Shown here one piece after another: positions 1 through 14,214 of a DNA stretch of 64,000 nt. Made by a program: the position numbers and the translations under genes. The notes under the pieces were generated by a model. It was not told the DNA's origin. It searched no databases and worked only from the letters and a program-made list of their open reading frames with translations. Numbering within the stretch: position 1 is the stretch's first letter; every line of letters starts with the position of its first letter. This DNA is from Haliotis cracherodii (taxonomy: Eukaryota): NCBI RefSeq assembly GCF_022045235.1, contig NW_027266290.1, positions 2,542,001-2,606,000 on the forward strand, in the 5' to 3' direction.

Positions 1-2737
1 GGAAGAATGATCTTGGATAACAAATAGAATCTCACCCTCTTGTCTTCCAAGCTTAAATTTATCAACACTCGATAAAAGTAAAAATGTCCTGAGCAAGCGT
101 CAGATAATTGTAAATTCTATCAACTAAAGTTGATATATTTTCATCTGAGAAGACACTTCGGTGGTCATGGTGGTAGGCTCTATCTTCTAGGCTTTGAACT
201 TATTATAAGTGGCCAAAGTCGCCTTCTGGAACAGTGATATTCGTTTGGCACTAAAAGCTCTGGAGAATTGAGACAAATGACATTTCTTGATCCCCTAGAT
301 TTAGTGATTGACAACAATTTAGGGTACAAAATGTAAGAAATGTTTGTGAAAATATTAATAACAGAATTATTACATGGTTTAGAAATAACATGCCTGAGAT
401 TCGGCATCCAAATTTGCACTTTATTCAACAGAAATTAGAGAAATGTAATAATTCATTGTCATCAGCACTACCCTACCTGATACATATGAGTCTAACCCTC
501 ATGGCTCCACTTTGACATTAGCATCAATGAGAGATTGTAGTTATACCCCACCCTGAAAAGGCAGGAGTATAAACTACCAATGTCCTTATAGACATTTTTG
601 TGTGTGACCTATAACTTGAAAACTTCTGCATAGATTCTTTTCAAACTTTAACACTTTTTATACCTATAGGATAGATGCACTGCAAAGTGTGATTTCAGCT
701 ATTTTTCACTTAAATCTTTTTTACTGAAACATTTGGGCGACCTATAACTAGAAAAATACTTCATGGATTCTTTTCAAATTTAGGGAACAGTTTCCAATAG
801 AAGAGGTTAAGTGCAAAGTATAATTTTGATTTGTGTATTTTCTGAAAAAAATATGAATTTTTCATGTTTTCAACTGAGAATATATTTTCCCTACAACATT
901 TGGGTGACCTGTAACTTCTTTTCTGAATTGGGGTTCAGTTTCTATGCCAATAGGTAAGGTGCAGTATGAAATTTGATTTCAAGAAGTGGATTTTTTGGAG
1001 AAAATATTTCTTTTTTCATGTTTTGAACTTAGAAATATGTTGGAGTCGAAGTCAGAGTATCATTGAGCCCTGCTCACTTTTTGTCTTGTTTCATTAGTCA
1101 CAAGAAACTTGGTTAAATTCAAATAATTGTAGGAAAATAGAGCGCGTGTATGTACTGGGAACATGGAGGAATGATGTCACCACATATACTGAGTGTGATC
1201 TGTGTCGGGGGGAACGATTCTATTTCCGTCCATCGTTGCAACAAGTCACTGTACAAACATGCTCTAAGTGTGTCAAGTTCAAAGCATTGGAAAGTAATTT
1301 TAATCATCGATTGCTGAAATGTGAGTCATTGAGATAAAATATTGCACTCCAAGATTAGCGGACAACATGAATATGTCACGGATCAATTGAACAAGCTTGT
1401 CTGAGTGTGCTGTACTTCTCAGAACATCAATGATGGCGTGACTTGGGACATTACACCTGGTGTATGGGTCTGGTTTGGAACCACGCCTAATGCTAGCGGA
1501 GCGAATGTAGAGCATGGCTGGTTCATTGTGAGGCACAGCAGCAGTGATCAATAATAAGCATGTTAGTCAACGATATTGCGTCTTCCCGAGGCAAGGGAGT
1601 TAACTGACTATAAAAGTCCAGTTTCCACTCTTGCCGAACTAGGCTGGTATTATGGAGTTACATTTTGGCTGGACTAACGAGTCTATGCATAGTCCGTTCA
1701 AAATCGCGTTACGAAATCAAAATTTGGTTCGTCAACTGTCGTGTAGATTTTGGTCGATTGCAGGATTTGCAAAGCATGTGCACCGCCAACCCATTGTCAA
1801 CAGATATTTTCTTAAATCTTTTCATGTTTCTAATCAAAATGTTGTGGGATTTGATGCATTTCACGATGTAAGACTCGTTTTATCACAATATAGATCTTGA
1901 TTATCGATCATATCGTCTTGACTGGGCGCCACCATTTTGTTTGAAAAAAATGCAAGTGATGCAAGAGGTGGAATCGGATTGGTCAATAGGAGAGGCTTAA
2001 AAGGGACATAACTGGTAATAGCCACTGGTGGTGCTACGATCGAGCCCAGGAATCCCAGCGTTGTTCAGCAAGGGTGGAAACTGGACTTTTATAGTCAGTC
2101 AACTCTTGCCTCGGGAAGATGACAATAGCGTTGAAAGTTAGGAGGTCCCTAGATTCAAATACCATAGAGGGACCTAAAGGACCCACAATCTCAGATCTCC
2201 CTAATTTGTACAATATGTTGTTGTTTATTACTTGTCCGTGAAGAGATATCTTGTTTAATAAACATACAGCTGTATTACACATTGTGTACTTTAAAACCAG
2301 CATGAGTCCAGACTGGCACATGCAGCCACACTTTGCTACCGAAGTGCAATAAATTTGAATGCGACATTAAACCCCATTTGACCTCAGCTATTATCTCCTG
2401 GAGATGCTGATTCGTTTTTTTACACAGACTTGTGTACTTCTGATATGGGACTTGTGCTGATTATTATCTAAATGATTTGATATGTAGGTCTCACAGGTGT
2501 TTATGAAAGACAGTCTCCAAATTGTAACACAGTTATGTCAGATCATACAGATAACAAACATTTATCTACACTCCTATTCAGCCCAAATCTACAGTAAACA
2601 ATGAGAGCAGTAGAGGGGAAGAGGCTATTCTGCTTGGTTTTATTTTATCATAATGAATTCAATGTTACAATACAATGTTGAAAATACCTCTGAATTTTGG
2701 AAAATAATTTGGAAATAAGCCCCAAATTTTAATTATA

Positions 2738-3087
2738 AGGCTAAAAAAAATAATAGTCTTATTTCTCAGGCACCACCCTCTTCATCATAAAGTTCTCCGC
2801 ACATTTCGTTTTTATTTCAATTTTAAAAACGAAACAAAAAAGTTCTTTAATATTCCAAGTCCAGTAGTAGTCAGATACTGTATTCCAGTATTTTACTCAT
2901 CAAGGAATCCATTTATGTAGGGAGGCCCTTTCCCAGGTTGATTGTACACATTGTTTATTTGGTTACACAGCAGTTTATTTAGCTACATACTAGTATGAAC
3001 AACGGAAAATAAAAAAAATCCGCCCGCCCGCGCTATATTTTCATAAACCGTTGCATGAGAACCAGTTGTTGTATTTTTTTAAGCCTA
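2738..3087. mobile_element. Probable MITE with imperfect TIRs
   Basis: aggctaaaaaaaata... / ...tatttttttaagccta. Confidence 0.45.
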
Positions 3088-3921
3088 ATAACGATTTGTT
3101 TCCTTATATATGTCAGCCATAGGCACTTAGTTTGGAATCCTATGATAAAATAACTCCCTGGATATATTTTAAGAAACCATACATTCCTGAATATCCATCT
3201 GAACATAAATAGTGGAAGGTGTGTCCTGTTTACAACCCAAGTTACTCTGTTTGTTATATTGGGTAAAATATGAAATAGCAGTATTAGAACTCAAATCACT
3301 TAGTTATGAGGGATAACACGATAGTGTATGCTATGGGCGAGAGTAGCTCTCCTGTAAACGTGAAATGGAAGTGATAGAGGATAACCAGTCTCGATTATCC
3401 AATGAAATATCCCATTGGGCTTAAAAGGTAAAATAGAGGTGACAATTATATGAATGGATCACTGAAAATCAGTGATGACACAGGTGTTTGTGATAAGTGA
3501 GAACATGTCCTGCTCTACTGGTAGCACCCACCAGTCAAGCAATTTGCATAAAAAAGATCACGTTTTCTTTTCTGTTTAGATTATGTCTTATAAATGATTT
3601 AATTTTGTATCATTTCTTATGTATGATGCATAAACTTGTATCATGTAACATCACACTGGTGAGTCATCCATTGACAGCTGTGGGTGTAGGCTTGTATTGT
3701 GTAACTACCATATCATCACTGTTCACTTCACTGACTCAGCGTGTTGACACTGGTATGTTGCAAGAGTTTCAGTGACCAGATCCACCTTGTCACGTTACAC
3801 ACGAGACCTTGAGGATTTATGTCATGTTGTATTGGGAACACGGGTGGCCCCGTCGTCTACCCGGCCACAACAGAAACTCCACAACTGCAATAAAAACCCA
3901 ATAACCCCATAACTTAACTCA

Positions 3922-4194
3922 GGGGCACGGTGGCCCAGTCGTCTAAGGCGCTGCGATTCTCTGTGCAGAGTTGCGTCCCTTTGGCACGCCAGAAACCTAT
4001 GATTGTATCCTCGTTCGCCCTGATTATGTTTCTAGGTTTGTCAGCACCATACCCATGCTTGTGGGTTTCACCGAAGTGGTAAACGTCTGAGACCTGCATC
4101 ACTTCGGGCTTTCCTCCCACATTAAGCTGACACGCCGCGATATGACTGGAATACTGTTAACAGCTGCGTTAAACCCAAGTCACTCACTCACTCA
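3922..4194 (+). mobile_element. SINE family B copy
   Basis: Colinear with the 32174 copy. Confidence 0.85.
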
Positions 4195-4940
4195 TGAAGT
4201 AGACCTGGTATAACCCATGCTGGTATTGATCCCTGAACCTGGGTATTGTGCTGTAATTAACATATGCTGATCATTTGTGTCAGTTGGGGTCTGCTCGCTC
4301 GGAACTCATTGAGAAATATTGTTTGCAACATCCCCAACACAAACCTGTCAACTACCCGCCCACAACAGAAAGCCCATAACTTAACTCACACCACAACAGG
4401 AACTCCACAGCTACCCCCAACACAACGCAAACACTTCAGCTACGCCTACCGCAACAAAAACTCCACAACTACCCCCACTGCAACAGTTTCACTGTAGGGT
4501 ACATACTTCAAACATCAATTGACAATGAGTATCATACAGATTGTCTCCCTTGGGACAAATAATCTATAAGTTTACGTAGCTCGTTGGTTATTCTATGATT
4601 ATTTACCTGTATGCCAAGCTCTTACATACCAGGTAGACTCATCACGATATGGCTGAAATACTGCTGAAGTGAGGTAAAGCATAAACTCACTCACTCACTC
4701 ACTCACTCACTCATCAGGTAGAGCATGAAAATAATAATCTATTCTGAAGGACAGCCTTGGAATCACTGAACCAAACTTAGTCTACAAGGTTGTCAAAAAG
4801 TAAAAACACTTTCTCTCTGCTTTGCCTTATAGTTAGGAGCAATCCAGTCCCCAATAATTACAGTAAAAACTAAGACAGTGGTGTTTAATAGCATCTATAT
4901 TCATTTGATAGTGTTTTCAATGTTCGATTCTCTGTTACAG

Positions 4941-5137
4941 CCCTTGCTTCCGACATTGTGTTCATCCCAGCCTCCGAACTGCCAGCATCAGCCAATCATG
5001 AAGCAGAAAGCAGGTCACCTGAGCAGTGCCAGGACTCCCACCCCGATATCCCTATGGCGGTGTCCCCCCAGATCAAGCGAGTCATCCTCGAGTCCCCTGT
5101 GGTCAGCAGTGGCGAGGAGGAGGTGTCATTTGATGAG
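4941..5137 (+). CDS. BCR/ABR: BCR/ABR-like gene, internal coding exon upstream of the DH domain (LASDIVFIPASELP...EEEVSFDE); earlier exons lie outside the window
   Basis: Acceptor ttacag|4941 and donor GAG|gtacgt; phase 0 joins the DH exon at 5696. Confidence 0.75.
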
Positions 5138-5695
5138 GTACGTAAACTTGAACCATATTTGACCAAAGGTGCTTGGTTCATTTTCAGTGTGATGGTAACA
5201 TCGTTTTTTGTAAAATTTCTTTGGATAACAAACTTCTGGTTTATTGCATATAGCGATGTTTTGATGTAGATTCTTACAAGTTATCGTTATATGGCTGAGA
5301 AAATGCTGATGGTATGTTAAATTTTCACTCACTCACTCACTCAGTGTGTTGATTAGCATTAGAATTTGACAGTAGTCCTATAGTCCTTGCCAAACTGCCC
5401 AATAGACTAGTAGAAATTTGCCATTTTTAAGGGTTTTGATACATGTTATCATTATAAGGACTAGTGGACTCAAACAGTTTCTGTCGTGCTGGTGTGATCG
5501 TCATTCATAAGGGGCTGTGCATGGTGCCCAGTGGCTGAAGGCTCTGCGTTTAGCGGAGTTGTGTCCCTTAGTTATATCAGGATCCACTGGTTAGGTTCAT
5601 ATCCTAGATTCATCCTGATTATCACACACATTTACGTTGTTGAAGGCATTAAATGAATCATGTGTCCATATGTGAATCTCTGCGTATCCCCACAG

Positions 5696-5818
5696 ACTGA
5701 CGGAGTACATGAGGAGTTGTCTGCCCGTGACAAGCTGCTGCAGATGCGGCAGTACATCGTGAAGGGCGTGCTGGAGAGTGAGAAGAGTTACCTCGCCATC
5801 CTCGAACTCCTCATCCAT
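5696..5818 (+). CDS. BCR/ABR: BCR/ABR-like exon, start of DH (RhoGEF) domain (TDGVHEELSARDKLLQMRQYIVKGVLESEKSYLAILELLIH)
   Basis: cacag|...cat|gtaagt; DH helix-1 motif like BCR MRKWVLSGILASEETYL. Confidence 0.92.
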
Positions 5819-5900
5819 GTAAGTTCATGAACGTGTGATAACCTTTACGTTTATTTCATTATATATGGATGTCTGTGTATTGCGATATCGATGAATCAAT

Positions 5901-6095
5901 TCATATTGTATCGATACAAATTTATGAATATTGATACTAAGTTAGTTTTCATATTGTATCGATACAAATTTATGAATATTGATACTAAGTAAGTTTTCAT
6001 ATTGTATCGATACAAATTTATGAATATTGATACTAAGTAAGTTTTCATATTGTATCGATACAAATTTATGAATATTGATACTAAGTTAGTTTTTC
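5901..6095. repeat. 49-bp minisatellite, about 4 copies
   Basis: catattgtatcgatacaaatttatgaatattgatactaag repeated. Confidence 0.9.
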
Positions 6096-6268
6096 ACTGC
6101 CAGAGAAACATGCACATTTTTTAAAGATTTCCATGGTTCAGAGGGACGATGAGAAGGCAGAACATTCAGTTTTCCACATTTATCAATCAGCCCAGTTCAT
6201 ATTTAGCATTAGATTAATTAATTGCAGGTCTGCTTAAGTAACTTTCATCCACAGATTAAAAATAATGA

Positions 6269-6436
6269 GGGGCGGTCGGGTAGCCTAGTGGTTAAAGCGT
6301 TCGCTCGTCACGACGAAGACCCGGGTTCGATTCCCGACATGGGTACAATGTGTGAAGCCCATTTCTGGTGTCCCCCGCCGTGATATTGCTGGAATATTGC
6401 TGAAAGCGGCGTAAAACCATACTCACTCACTCACTC
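6269..6436 (+). mobile_element. tRNA-derived SINE family A (~170 bp)
   Basis: A box tagcctagtgg, B box ggttcgattcc, (ACTC)n tail, TSD aaaataatga. Confidence 0.9.
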
Positions 6437-6645
6437 AAAATAATGAATTTTATTATAAATCAATATATCAAGATACATTTGAGTTGATTTTTTTCAATGA
6501 AAACTCTAACAGGGGGAATATCAGTACAAGAAATCTATAATATCTCCATTTTGTCTCCCAGTCAAAAATTGGGACTGCTTCATGTTTGTACCATGAACAG
6601 AAAGGGGACTTTTTGCTGACATGATGAGATGTTCTTGTGTTTCAG

Positions 6646-6831
6646 TACAAGAGGTCACTGGAGGCGTCGAGTCAGACCTCAAAACCTGTGATCTCGGAGG
6701 AAGATAACAACGCCATCTTCTTCAACATTAAGAAACTTTATGCAATCCACCAGGAGTTCGTCAAGGAGCTCGAGCCAAAGGTCAACAACTGGTCACATGA
6801 TCAGAAGATTGGCGAAATCTTCAAAATGATG
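6646..6831 (+). CDS. BCR/ABR: BCR/ABR-like exon, DH domain (YKRSLEASSQTSKPVISEEDNNAIFFNI...IGEIFKMM)
   Basis: ttcag|/|gtatgt, 62 codons; DH-typical IFxNI and IGxIF motifs. Confidence 0.92.
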
Positions 6832-7895
6832 GTATGTAGATCTTAAGCTGTATTTGGGCTGGTCAGTTAGCCTAGTGGTTAAAGTGTCTGTTTGTCATGC
6901 CGAACACTCAGGTTCAGTTCTCAGGGATGAAGTCTTGGTGTCCTCGGTGATTTGTGATAATACTGATACTGACTGCTACTTTTTACTGTATTCATTCATC
7001 ACTGCAGATCTCATAACTATTTTGGCAATGGGGTAGCCTAGTGGTTAAACCGTTTGCTTGTCACACCGAAGGCCCAGGTTCGATTCCCCACATGGGTACA
7101 ATGTGTGAAGCCCATTCCTGGTGTCCCCAACCTACTCATTCGCTCACAACTTACTCGTGAAGATGCGGGTTAGAATAGGTCTTCAGCAACCCATGCTTGC
7201 CGTAAGAGGTGACAAACAGGACTGGTTGGTCAGCCTTGATGACTTGGTTGATGCATGTCATCGTATTCCAATTGCATTGATCGATGATCATGATGTAAAT
7301 CACTGCATTGTGTGGTCCAGACTTGATTATGTACAGACCACTGTCAAATAGCTGGAGTATTGCCGAGTGCGGCGATAAACAACAAACAAACAAAGAAATA
7401 CTCAGAATAAATGATGTCCTCGTCCTTGTCAACATTTCTATACATTGTGCATGATTAAAAGCAAATTTACCCTAAGTGTAATCGAAACACGATTCAGAAT
7501 TTGTTGCGCAAGTTAAGAAATATTTGGATGTTATCCCAATATGATCAACACCATGGAGTGAAATTACCTCCACCTTGGTTCTGATATGTACATGTGACTT
7601 TGTCACTGTGACAGCAAGTAGTTGTTGGTGTTGGTGTATGCGTCTTCAATTAACCACTGTTAATATGTACAGCACTGTTTAAACAGAACGTGGCATGTTT
7701 TGACATGCAAGTCAAGTATGGTTTTCTTGTGTTTTGGTTCACAGTGTCAATTGTGTTGTTAGGTTTATTTGTGATGAAGATTGTATGGGTTTTGGTGCGG
7801 TAATGAAGTGCGTTTATTCAGTCCAGTTGGAGTTGTGATAGAAATCTGGAGACAATTCTTTTCATAATTATCAAACTATCTCTTCATTTATCAAT

Positions 7896-8023
7896 NNNNN
7901 NNNNNNNNNNNNNNNNNNNNNNNNNNNNNNNNNNNNNNNNNNNNNNNNNNNNNNNNNNNNNNNNNNNNNNNNNNNNNNNNNNNNNNNNNNNNNNNNNNNN
8001 NNNNNNNNNNNNNNNNNNNNNNN
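7896..8023. other. Assembly gap
   Basis: Run of N. Confidence 0.99.
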
Positions 8024-8142
8024 CTGATCTGTATAAAGAGGTTTATTAGTTCATTAGAACTCCAGAAATTGTGTTCCTCAAAATAAAGAAGTTGCCATCC
8101 ATAAATTCTCTTGCTTATTATTGCTGTTGTTTCTACCACCAG

Positions 8143-8250
8143 GTGTTCCAGTTCCCTGAGTTCGGCAAGTACATGAAGAACTACCAGGTGGCCGTGACCA
8201 CCATACACAGGTGTTCCCAGGAAAACCCCCAGTTCCATGAGATCGCAGGG
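8143..8250 (+). CDS. BCR/ABR: BCR/ABR-like exon, DH domain (VFQFPEFGKYMKNYQVAVTTIHRCSQENPQFHEIAG)
   Basis: accag|/|gtgagt, phase 0/0; YxxNY motif. Confidence 0.88.
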
Positions 8251-8374
8251 GTGAGTCGAGTTATTGTATAATACAAATACAAATGTGTCTTTTGGGACTT
8301 GCCTTTTGCAATGAAGAGAGATCTGGTTTCCCTTCAATACATTACCGCTGCTTTCAGAAATCTGAAATCTGCAC

Positions 8375-8815
8375 CATAACTCTCACTCTCTGCACTCCTA
8401 CTTTTAGTAAGACCCTACAACTCTCACTCTCTGCACTCCTACTTTTAGTAGACACTGAAATTCTGTCTCAATAAGTTCCTACTTTTAGCATACCCCAGAA
8501 ATCTGTCTCTATGTACTCCTACTTTTGGTATACACCCTAGAATTCTGTCTTTATATACTCCTACTTTTGGTATATACCCTAGAATTCTGTCTCAATATGT
8601 CCCTACTTTTAGTAGAGCATATTTGTTCCAACTTTTAGTATACACCCTAGAAATCTATTTCTATATACTCCTACTTTTAGTATATACCCTAGAATTCTGT
8701 CTCAATATGTTCCTCCTTGTAGTACAGCCCAGAATTCTGTCTCTGTATACACCTACTTTTAGTATATACCCTATAAGTCTATTTCTATTAACTCCTACTT
8801 TTTGTAGACCCCAGT
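8375..8815. repeat. Degenerate ~39-bp minisatellite
   Basis: actcctacttttagtatacaccctagaattctgtct units. Confidence 0.8.
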
Positions 8816-10727
8816 GATCTGTCTCCCGTGACTGCTACCCTTTATAGGGTATTCTTTCCTTATAGGGTATGAATTATGCAAACAGAATAATATCACTATA
8901 TAAATACTTTTTCTAACAAGGAAGTATTTGGGTTATATTGTGCTTGTTGTATAAAGGCTGTGTGAATACTTGCCCAGCTACCCCGTGGACATTCCGGGTT
9001 AGAATAGATCCCCAGGAACCTTTGCTGGTCGTAAAAGGCGACCAAGTGGATCGGGTGGTCAGGCTCAGTGACTTGGTTGAAGGCATGTCAATAACAATCG
9101 CTGGATTGTCTGGTCCACAACCCGATTATTAACAGGTTGCCATTATATAGCTGGAATATTGATATGTGTAGTTTTGAAAAACAAACAAACACACACACAC
9201 ACACAAATAATCAATTTCCCAATATTGCCTCTGGTGTGAAACCAGGAAAGATTTATTCCATACGCAAGTGTTGATATCTTTTATGAATCCGATAAGTAGT
9301 GATTACGCCTGATTACTGACCAGGGCCCACTTGCACAAAGTGATCTTAGCGCTAAGATGATCGTAACTCCCATACTTTAACATAGGCTTACAATAGTCTT
9401 AGCGCTAAGATCGCTTTGAGCAAGTGGGTTCAGGACACATGAAGGATGATTTTAGCCACAGTTGACAAATGGAAATCTTGTGTTCTGGCTTTATCTTCCT
9501 TAATTCCCAAACCACTTTGTCTGTGTGAGGAAAATGTCAAGCTAAGTGCAGGGAAGTGATTTAGTTTTAACAGATGGTTATGTGAGAGTATTATGTGTGT
9601 ATTATTTGTAATTCATACCGTTCAATGCTTACAGACCTGATTAAAATATATTTCACATATTTAGTACATGGTAACACAGGGGTAGGGAACCTCCTTGGTG
9701 ATAATAACAGCTGAAAAGCATTGTAACTTGCTTAACTAGTGCTTTATTCAGTCTATTCAGACACATACATAATTTGAAATAAATACAAAACAGGTTATTA
9801 GTTTGCCAATAGTATCACCCCTTAACAATAGATGTTCACAACCAAGGAAAAGTTTTAAGGAAATGTTACATGGTTGGTTCTCAATTGACTATTGACTACA
9901 TAGGATTCTGTGTTAGAATTAGGCCCTAGCAACCTATGCTGGACAGAGAGGTCAGGCTCTGTGACTTGGCTGATTGTGTGTCATCATGCCTCAACGACAA
10001 TAGATCGTCTGGTTCAGACTTGATTATTTACAGGCTGCTGTCATATAGCTGGAATATTGTTGAGTGTTGCGTTAAACATCAAACACACACGATATCATTG
10101 CTGGCTTCTTGTTAATTTTTATCATTGCTCATTAAATTTCCAAACCAGTTTTCAAAATGTAATTGGTTCATGGTACAATTCAAATCAACTGTTTTCACTA
10201 CTGACATAATGTTTGTAACATGAAGTTATTGTCAGTTTCTAATGTGATCACTGCTTATAGAATTTCAAACCAGTTTTAGACATGGCCACGATGGCGGCCA
10301 TATTGGAATTGTAAATTTGTCTGTAAGTTTTTCACAACACAGACAACATGATCTGCTTTAGATTTAGGCTTTGAATGAATCTGTTATTATTTTTGAGTAA
10401 AAACGTTTCCTTGAAAAGCCTTGAAATTGTACAAAAAGACATATACCGCCACGGTACTTGTTTTTTAAAGTATCAAAATTTATGGCTTTAATTTATTTTA
10501 TTTGTTGGTTGTGAAAGTAAATCTTGTTGGTAAATTTGTGGTGTTCGAACTGCTTCTTAGGTCACACGTCTAATATGTTGTATGCTGGCTTGAAATAATA
10601 TATTGATACACTGAGGCTCTAACCCAAATAAAAAAGCCTGGAAAATGATGGTTGAAAGCCTTGAAATGCTGTGAATTTTAGTGTCTCATATCTTTATGAA
10701 CCTTGATAATGTTTGTTTTCATTTCAG

Positions 10728-10773
10728 AAAGTGACATTTGGTTCTCAAGCCAAAGAAGTAACAAATCTGGAAG
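10728..10773 (+). CDS. BCR/ABR: BCR/ABR-like small exon (KVTFGSQAKEVTNLE)
   Basis: tttcag|/G|gtatgt; phase 0/1 bridges the flanking exons. Confidence 0.8.
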
Positions 10774-10884
10774 GTATGTCTATGATGTGTGCTGGAGCTA
10801 TTGAAACCATGTGCCTGGAAACTGAAGTCAATCACATAAACACGACATGTGGGATTATCCTGCACACAGAAGCACTTTGGTGTA

Positions 10885-11375
10885 TTATCTACTGTCTATT
10901 CAGTTCATTGTCTACTGTCTATTCAGTTCATTGTCTACTGACTATTCAGTTCATTGTCTACTGACTATTTTGTTCATGGTATACTGGCTATTCAGTTCAT
11001 TGTCTACTGTCTATCCAGTTCATTGTCTACTGTCTATCCAGTTCATTGTCTACTGTCTATCCAGTTCATTGTCTACTGGCTATTCAGTTCATTGTCTACT
11101 GACTATTTTGTTCATGGTATACTGGCTATTCAGTTCATTGTCTACTGTCTGTCCAGTTCATTGTCTACTGTCTATCCAGTTCATTGTCTACTGGCTATTC
11201 AGTTCATTGTCTACTGACTATTTTGTTCATGATATACTGGCTATTCAGTTCATTGTCTACTGACTATTTTGTTTATGGTATACAGGCTATTCAGTTCATT
11301 GTCTACTGTCTATTCAGTTCATTGTCTACTGTCTATTCAGTTCATTGTCTACTAACTATTCAGTTCATTGTCTAT
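10885..11375. repeat. 23-bp minisatellite
   Basis: ctattcagttcattgtctactgt units and variants. Confidence 0.92.
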
Positions 11376-11543
11376 TGATTAAGCTCTTAATTATGTAGTT
11401 TGTTTTCTAGTTATATTTGGAATGTTAAGAATATGTTTTGGAACTTTTCTAATTAAAAACTTTAGACACAAATCTACTCCATGTATGTTGGCGTTGTATG
11501 TGTAACATATGACATGTATTCACCTATTCTGCATCTTCTACAG

Positions 11544-11596
11544 ATGCCCTGTTCAAGCCTGTTCAGAGAGTGCAGAGGAACGCCCTGGTCCTCCAT
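11544..11596 (+). CDS. BCR/ABR: BCR/ABR-like exon, DH conserved region (DALFKPVQRVQRNALVLH)
   Basis: ctacag|/|gtaagt; KPVQR motif of DH domains. Confidence 0.92.
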
Positions 11597-11989
11597 GTAA
11601 GTGTACCAGAAGAGTGGTGCGGTATTGACAAAATTACGAATTAGTCCAACTTTGACGGAAATATACGTACCATTTGACCCGTGAAGATCTGGGTTAGAAT
11701 AGTTCTTCAGCATCCCATGCTTGTTGTACGATTGTATGATCAGACCAGTGTGATATGGCTGGAATATTGCTGAGTGTGGCGTTAAACAACAAACTAACAC
11801 AACGTAGACACAGTTTATGGATAACAATTTTCTTTAGCAACTGTGAAGGTGACGTTTCGGTATAGATCCTTATACTGTTGTCATGCAAGACTGTCCATAA
11901 ATTGCGTCTACTTTGTCATCCGTCAACTTCTAAGTATTGCCTATCAAACAGTTCAACAAACAAAAGTTACCATCTCTCTGTTGTTGCAG

Positions 11990-12109
11990 GACCTGATCAA
12001 GTACACCCCCGAGGACCATGAGGACCACCGGCTGCTGAGGAAGGCCCTCGATCTGTCCCAGTACAACCTGGAGGAGATCTCCTCCACCATACGGGAGAGT
12101 GGAGCCCTG
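11990..12109 (+). CDS. BCR/ABR: BCR/ABR-like exon, end of DH (DLIKYTPEDHEDHRLLRKALDLSQ...)
   Basis: ttgcag|/|gtcagt; matches the LLKHTPxxHxD motif. Confidence 0.92.
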
Positions 12110-13146
12110 GTCAGTGCATGGATTACCTCCCCTTTATCATTTGCGAGCTCCTTCCCAGCGTGTGACACCTTCGTTACACTCTTGGTAACATCGCTGCCAC
12201 CAGTGTGGGCGCGTCAATTACAAGAATCTTGAAATTTGCCCTCGAACCCCAAATGTAGTCACGTTCATACTTTTGTTTATGTCTTTAGGAATGCCGTCAT
12301 AGTTCATTTTGGAAAGGTTTACGACTAACCATGTTTTCCAGATGAATTTACTTTGTTGTTTGTATAATCAGATTGGTTCGGAAAATCAACCCACTTCCCC
12401 CTTACATTCTTACTTTATCAATTACATGAAAGTGTTAATGAAATAGAAATTCAAATTGACAAAGAAAGAAAGTAATTTAGCAGGGGTAAGTGTAATCGGC
12501 GTCACGACACTCGTCACTTGTTTGTAAACATAACGGTCAATCGGCTGCAAGTTCAACTCCAAGCATGGTTGTGGTCATCTATCACTGTGGGGAGTCGATG
12601 ACTGGTGGCAGCAATAGTATAGCATGGTATAGAGAGCTCCGCGAACGGGATATCGCTGTGAGGAGCTTGTATCATTTGTTCCCAGGGGACATAACTCTGT
12701 TTTTCAGTTGATTTTCCCATAGAAAAGAGTAACAGCAGCTACTCCTGGTACCCAAATGCCATGCTATGAGAAGACGCTCTGTGTGATTTCTTTTTTGTAT
12801 GATCATGCTGTTTGAGTCTACAGTTTCACTGGCTAATCATTTCAGATTGTTTTTGTAGCCATGCTAATTTTATATTTTTTTATAATTTTTAGTTTTTCAG
12901 TTGCATTTTACCCGTCTTGCATAGTTCACTGCTGTACAAAGAAATTATGGCAACTTGACCAAAACGTAGTGAAGTGGTTCTTATTCCCATACCAATTTTC
13001 TGTGTACTTGAACATAAAGTAGCATTTTGTGATCTCCTGTATGCTACAGTTTATGTACTGAAAAAAATATCCATGATCCCTTATGTTTTTTGTTCAGTAT
13101 ATGACGTAAGCTGGACAACAGGTGACAGTTATTGTGTGTGTTACAG

Positions 13147-13271
13147 CCTCAGGAGAAGCGCCACCTGGTGAAGAGTAGTTTCCTGGTGGAGCTGGTGTCG
13201 GGTCAACGCAAGGTGCGCTACATCTTCCTCTTCAGCGACGTCCTCGTCTGCACCAAGAAGGACAACAACAG
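13147..13271 (+). CDS. BCR/ABR: BCR/ABR-like exon, start of PH domain (PQEKRHLVKSSFLVELVSGQRKVRYIFLFSDVLVCTKK)
   Basis: ttacag|/AG|gtcagt; resembles the BCR FMVELVEGARKLRHVFLF segment. Confidence 0.93.
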
Positions 13272-14125
13272 GTCAGTCTCCATCCCTGCATTTATTGGAC
13301 CCGTGAAGATTCCGGGGTAGAATAGGTCTTCAGCAACCAATGCTTGCCGTAAAAGGCGATTCTGCCTGTCCTAAGAGGCGACTAACTGGATCGGGTGGTC
13401 AGGCTCGCTGACTTGGTTGATGCATGTCATCGATCCCAGTTGCGTGGATCGATGCTCATGATATCAATCACTGGATTGTCTGGTCCAGACTTGATTATTT
13501 ACAGACCACCCTGCATTTATTTATACGAAAGACTGTAAAATTTCAAATTGGTAGTAACAGTTTCCCAATTTATGTTATACTATTATGATATTTTAATCCT
13601 TCTTGTGAATACCCTACCTCTATTACCTCATTGCCTAATTCCCATAATTTGTCATATTTTATCATAATAAGATCTTCATGTTGTCAAACGAAGTCACTAT
13701 CAGTTATAAACTAGCTGCACAAGTATTAGTGTCTTGCTTCCCTTCCCTTTTGCGCATACACAATGCAGCAAAGGTGATTTGTATTTCAGTTGTGACAGGA
13801 TCAACAAGAGAGAAAAGGGCGTTTCTTACATTGGCTATAAGGCATAGAATGCAGTGTTAAGATAAGGGACTGGCCATTTGGTATCCTGAGGGGAAGACCC
13901 TTGGGTTTTGTTTGGAGACTTGGTATATTATCAGCTACAGCTGCGAAGCCAGACATATTTTTTTATTCAAAACTGTAAGTCTAAATATTTTTTTTGAAAA
14001 AACCGATAAGAATTTTTTCCGTTCTTTGATTCCAGTTCTTTTTCTTGTCCAGTTTAACACTAAGTTTGGAGTGTGACGGTGTACAGTTTTGTAATGCTTA
14101 TCAATGGGATTTTCTTCCTTTACAG

Positions 14126-14202
14126 GAAAGCCTCGAACTTTGACGTGAAGTGGATCATACCTCTGTGTAGACTCACAATAGACACACACTTCGACTACCA
14201 AG
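14126..14202 (+). CDS. BCR/ABR: BCR/ABR-like exon, PH domain (KASNFDVKWIIPLCRLTIDTHFDYQ)
   Basis: ttacag|/G|gttggt; KWxIPL motif; phase 2/1. Confidence 0.9.
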
Positions 14203-14214
14203 GTTGGTACACCT

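Noticed and set aside
1920-2010. CCAAT/YY1/TATA-like cluster as an alternative BCR/ABR promoter
   Set aside because: No supportable first exon; short motifs could be chance or transposon-derived
6269-6345. tRNA-Asp-like gene
   Set aside because: Head of a multi-copy SINE with body, tail and TSD
10847-11378. Hydrophobic repetitive ORFs
   Set aside because: Translation of a 23-bp minisatellite
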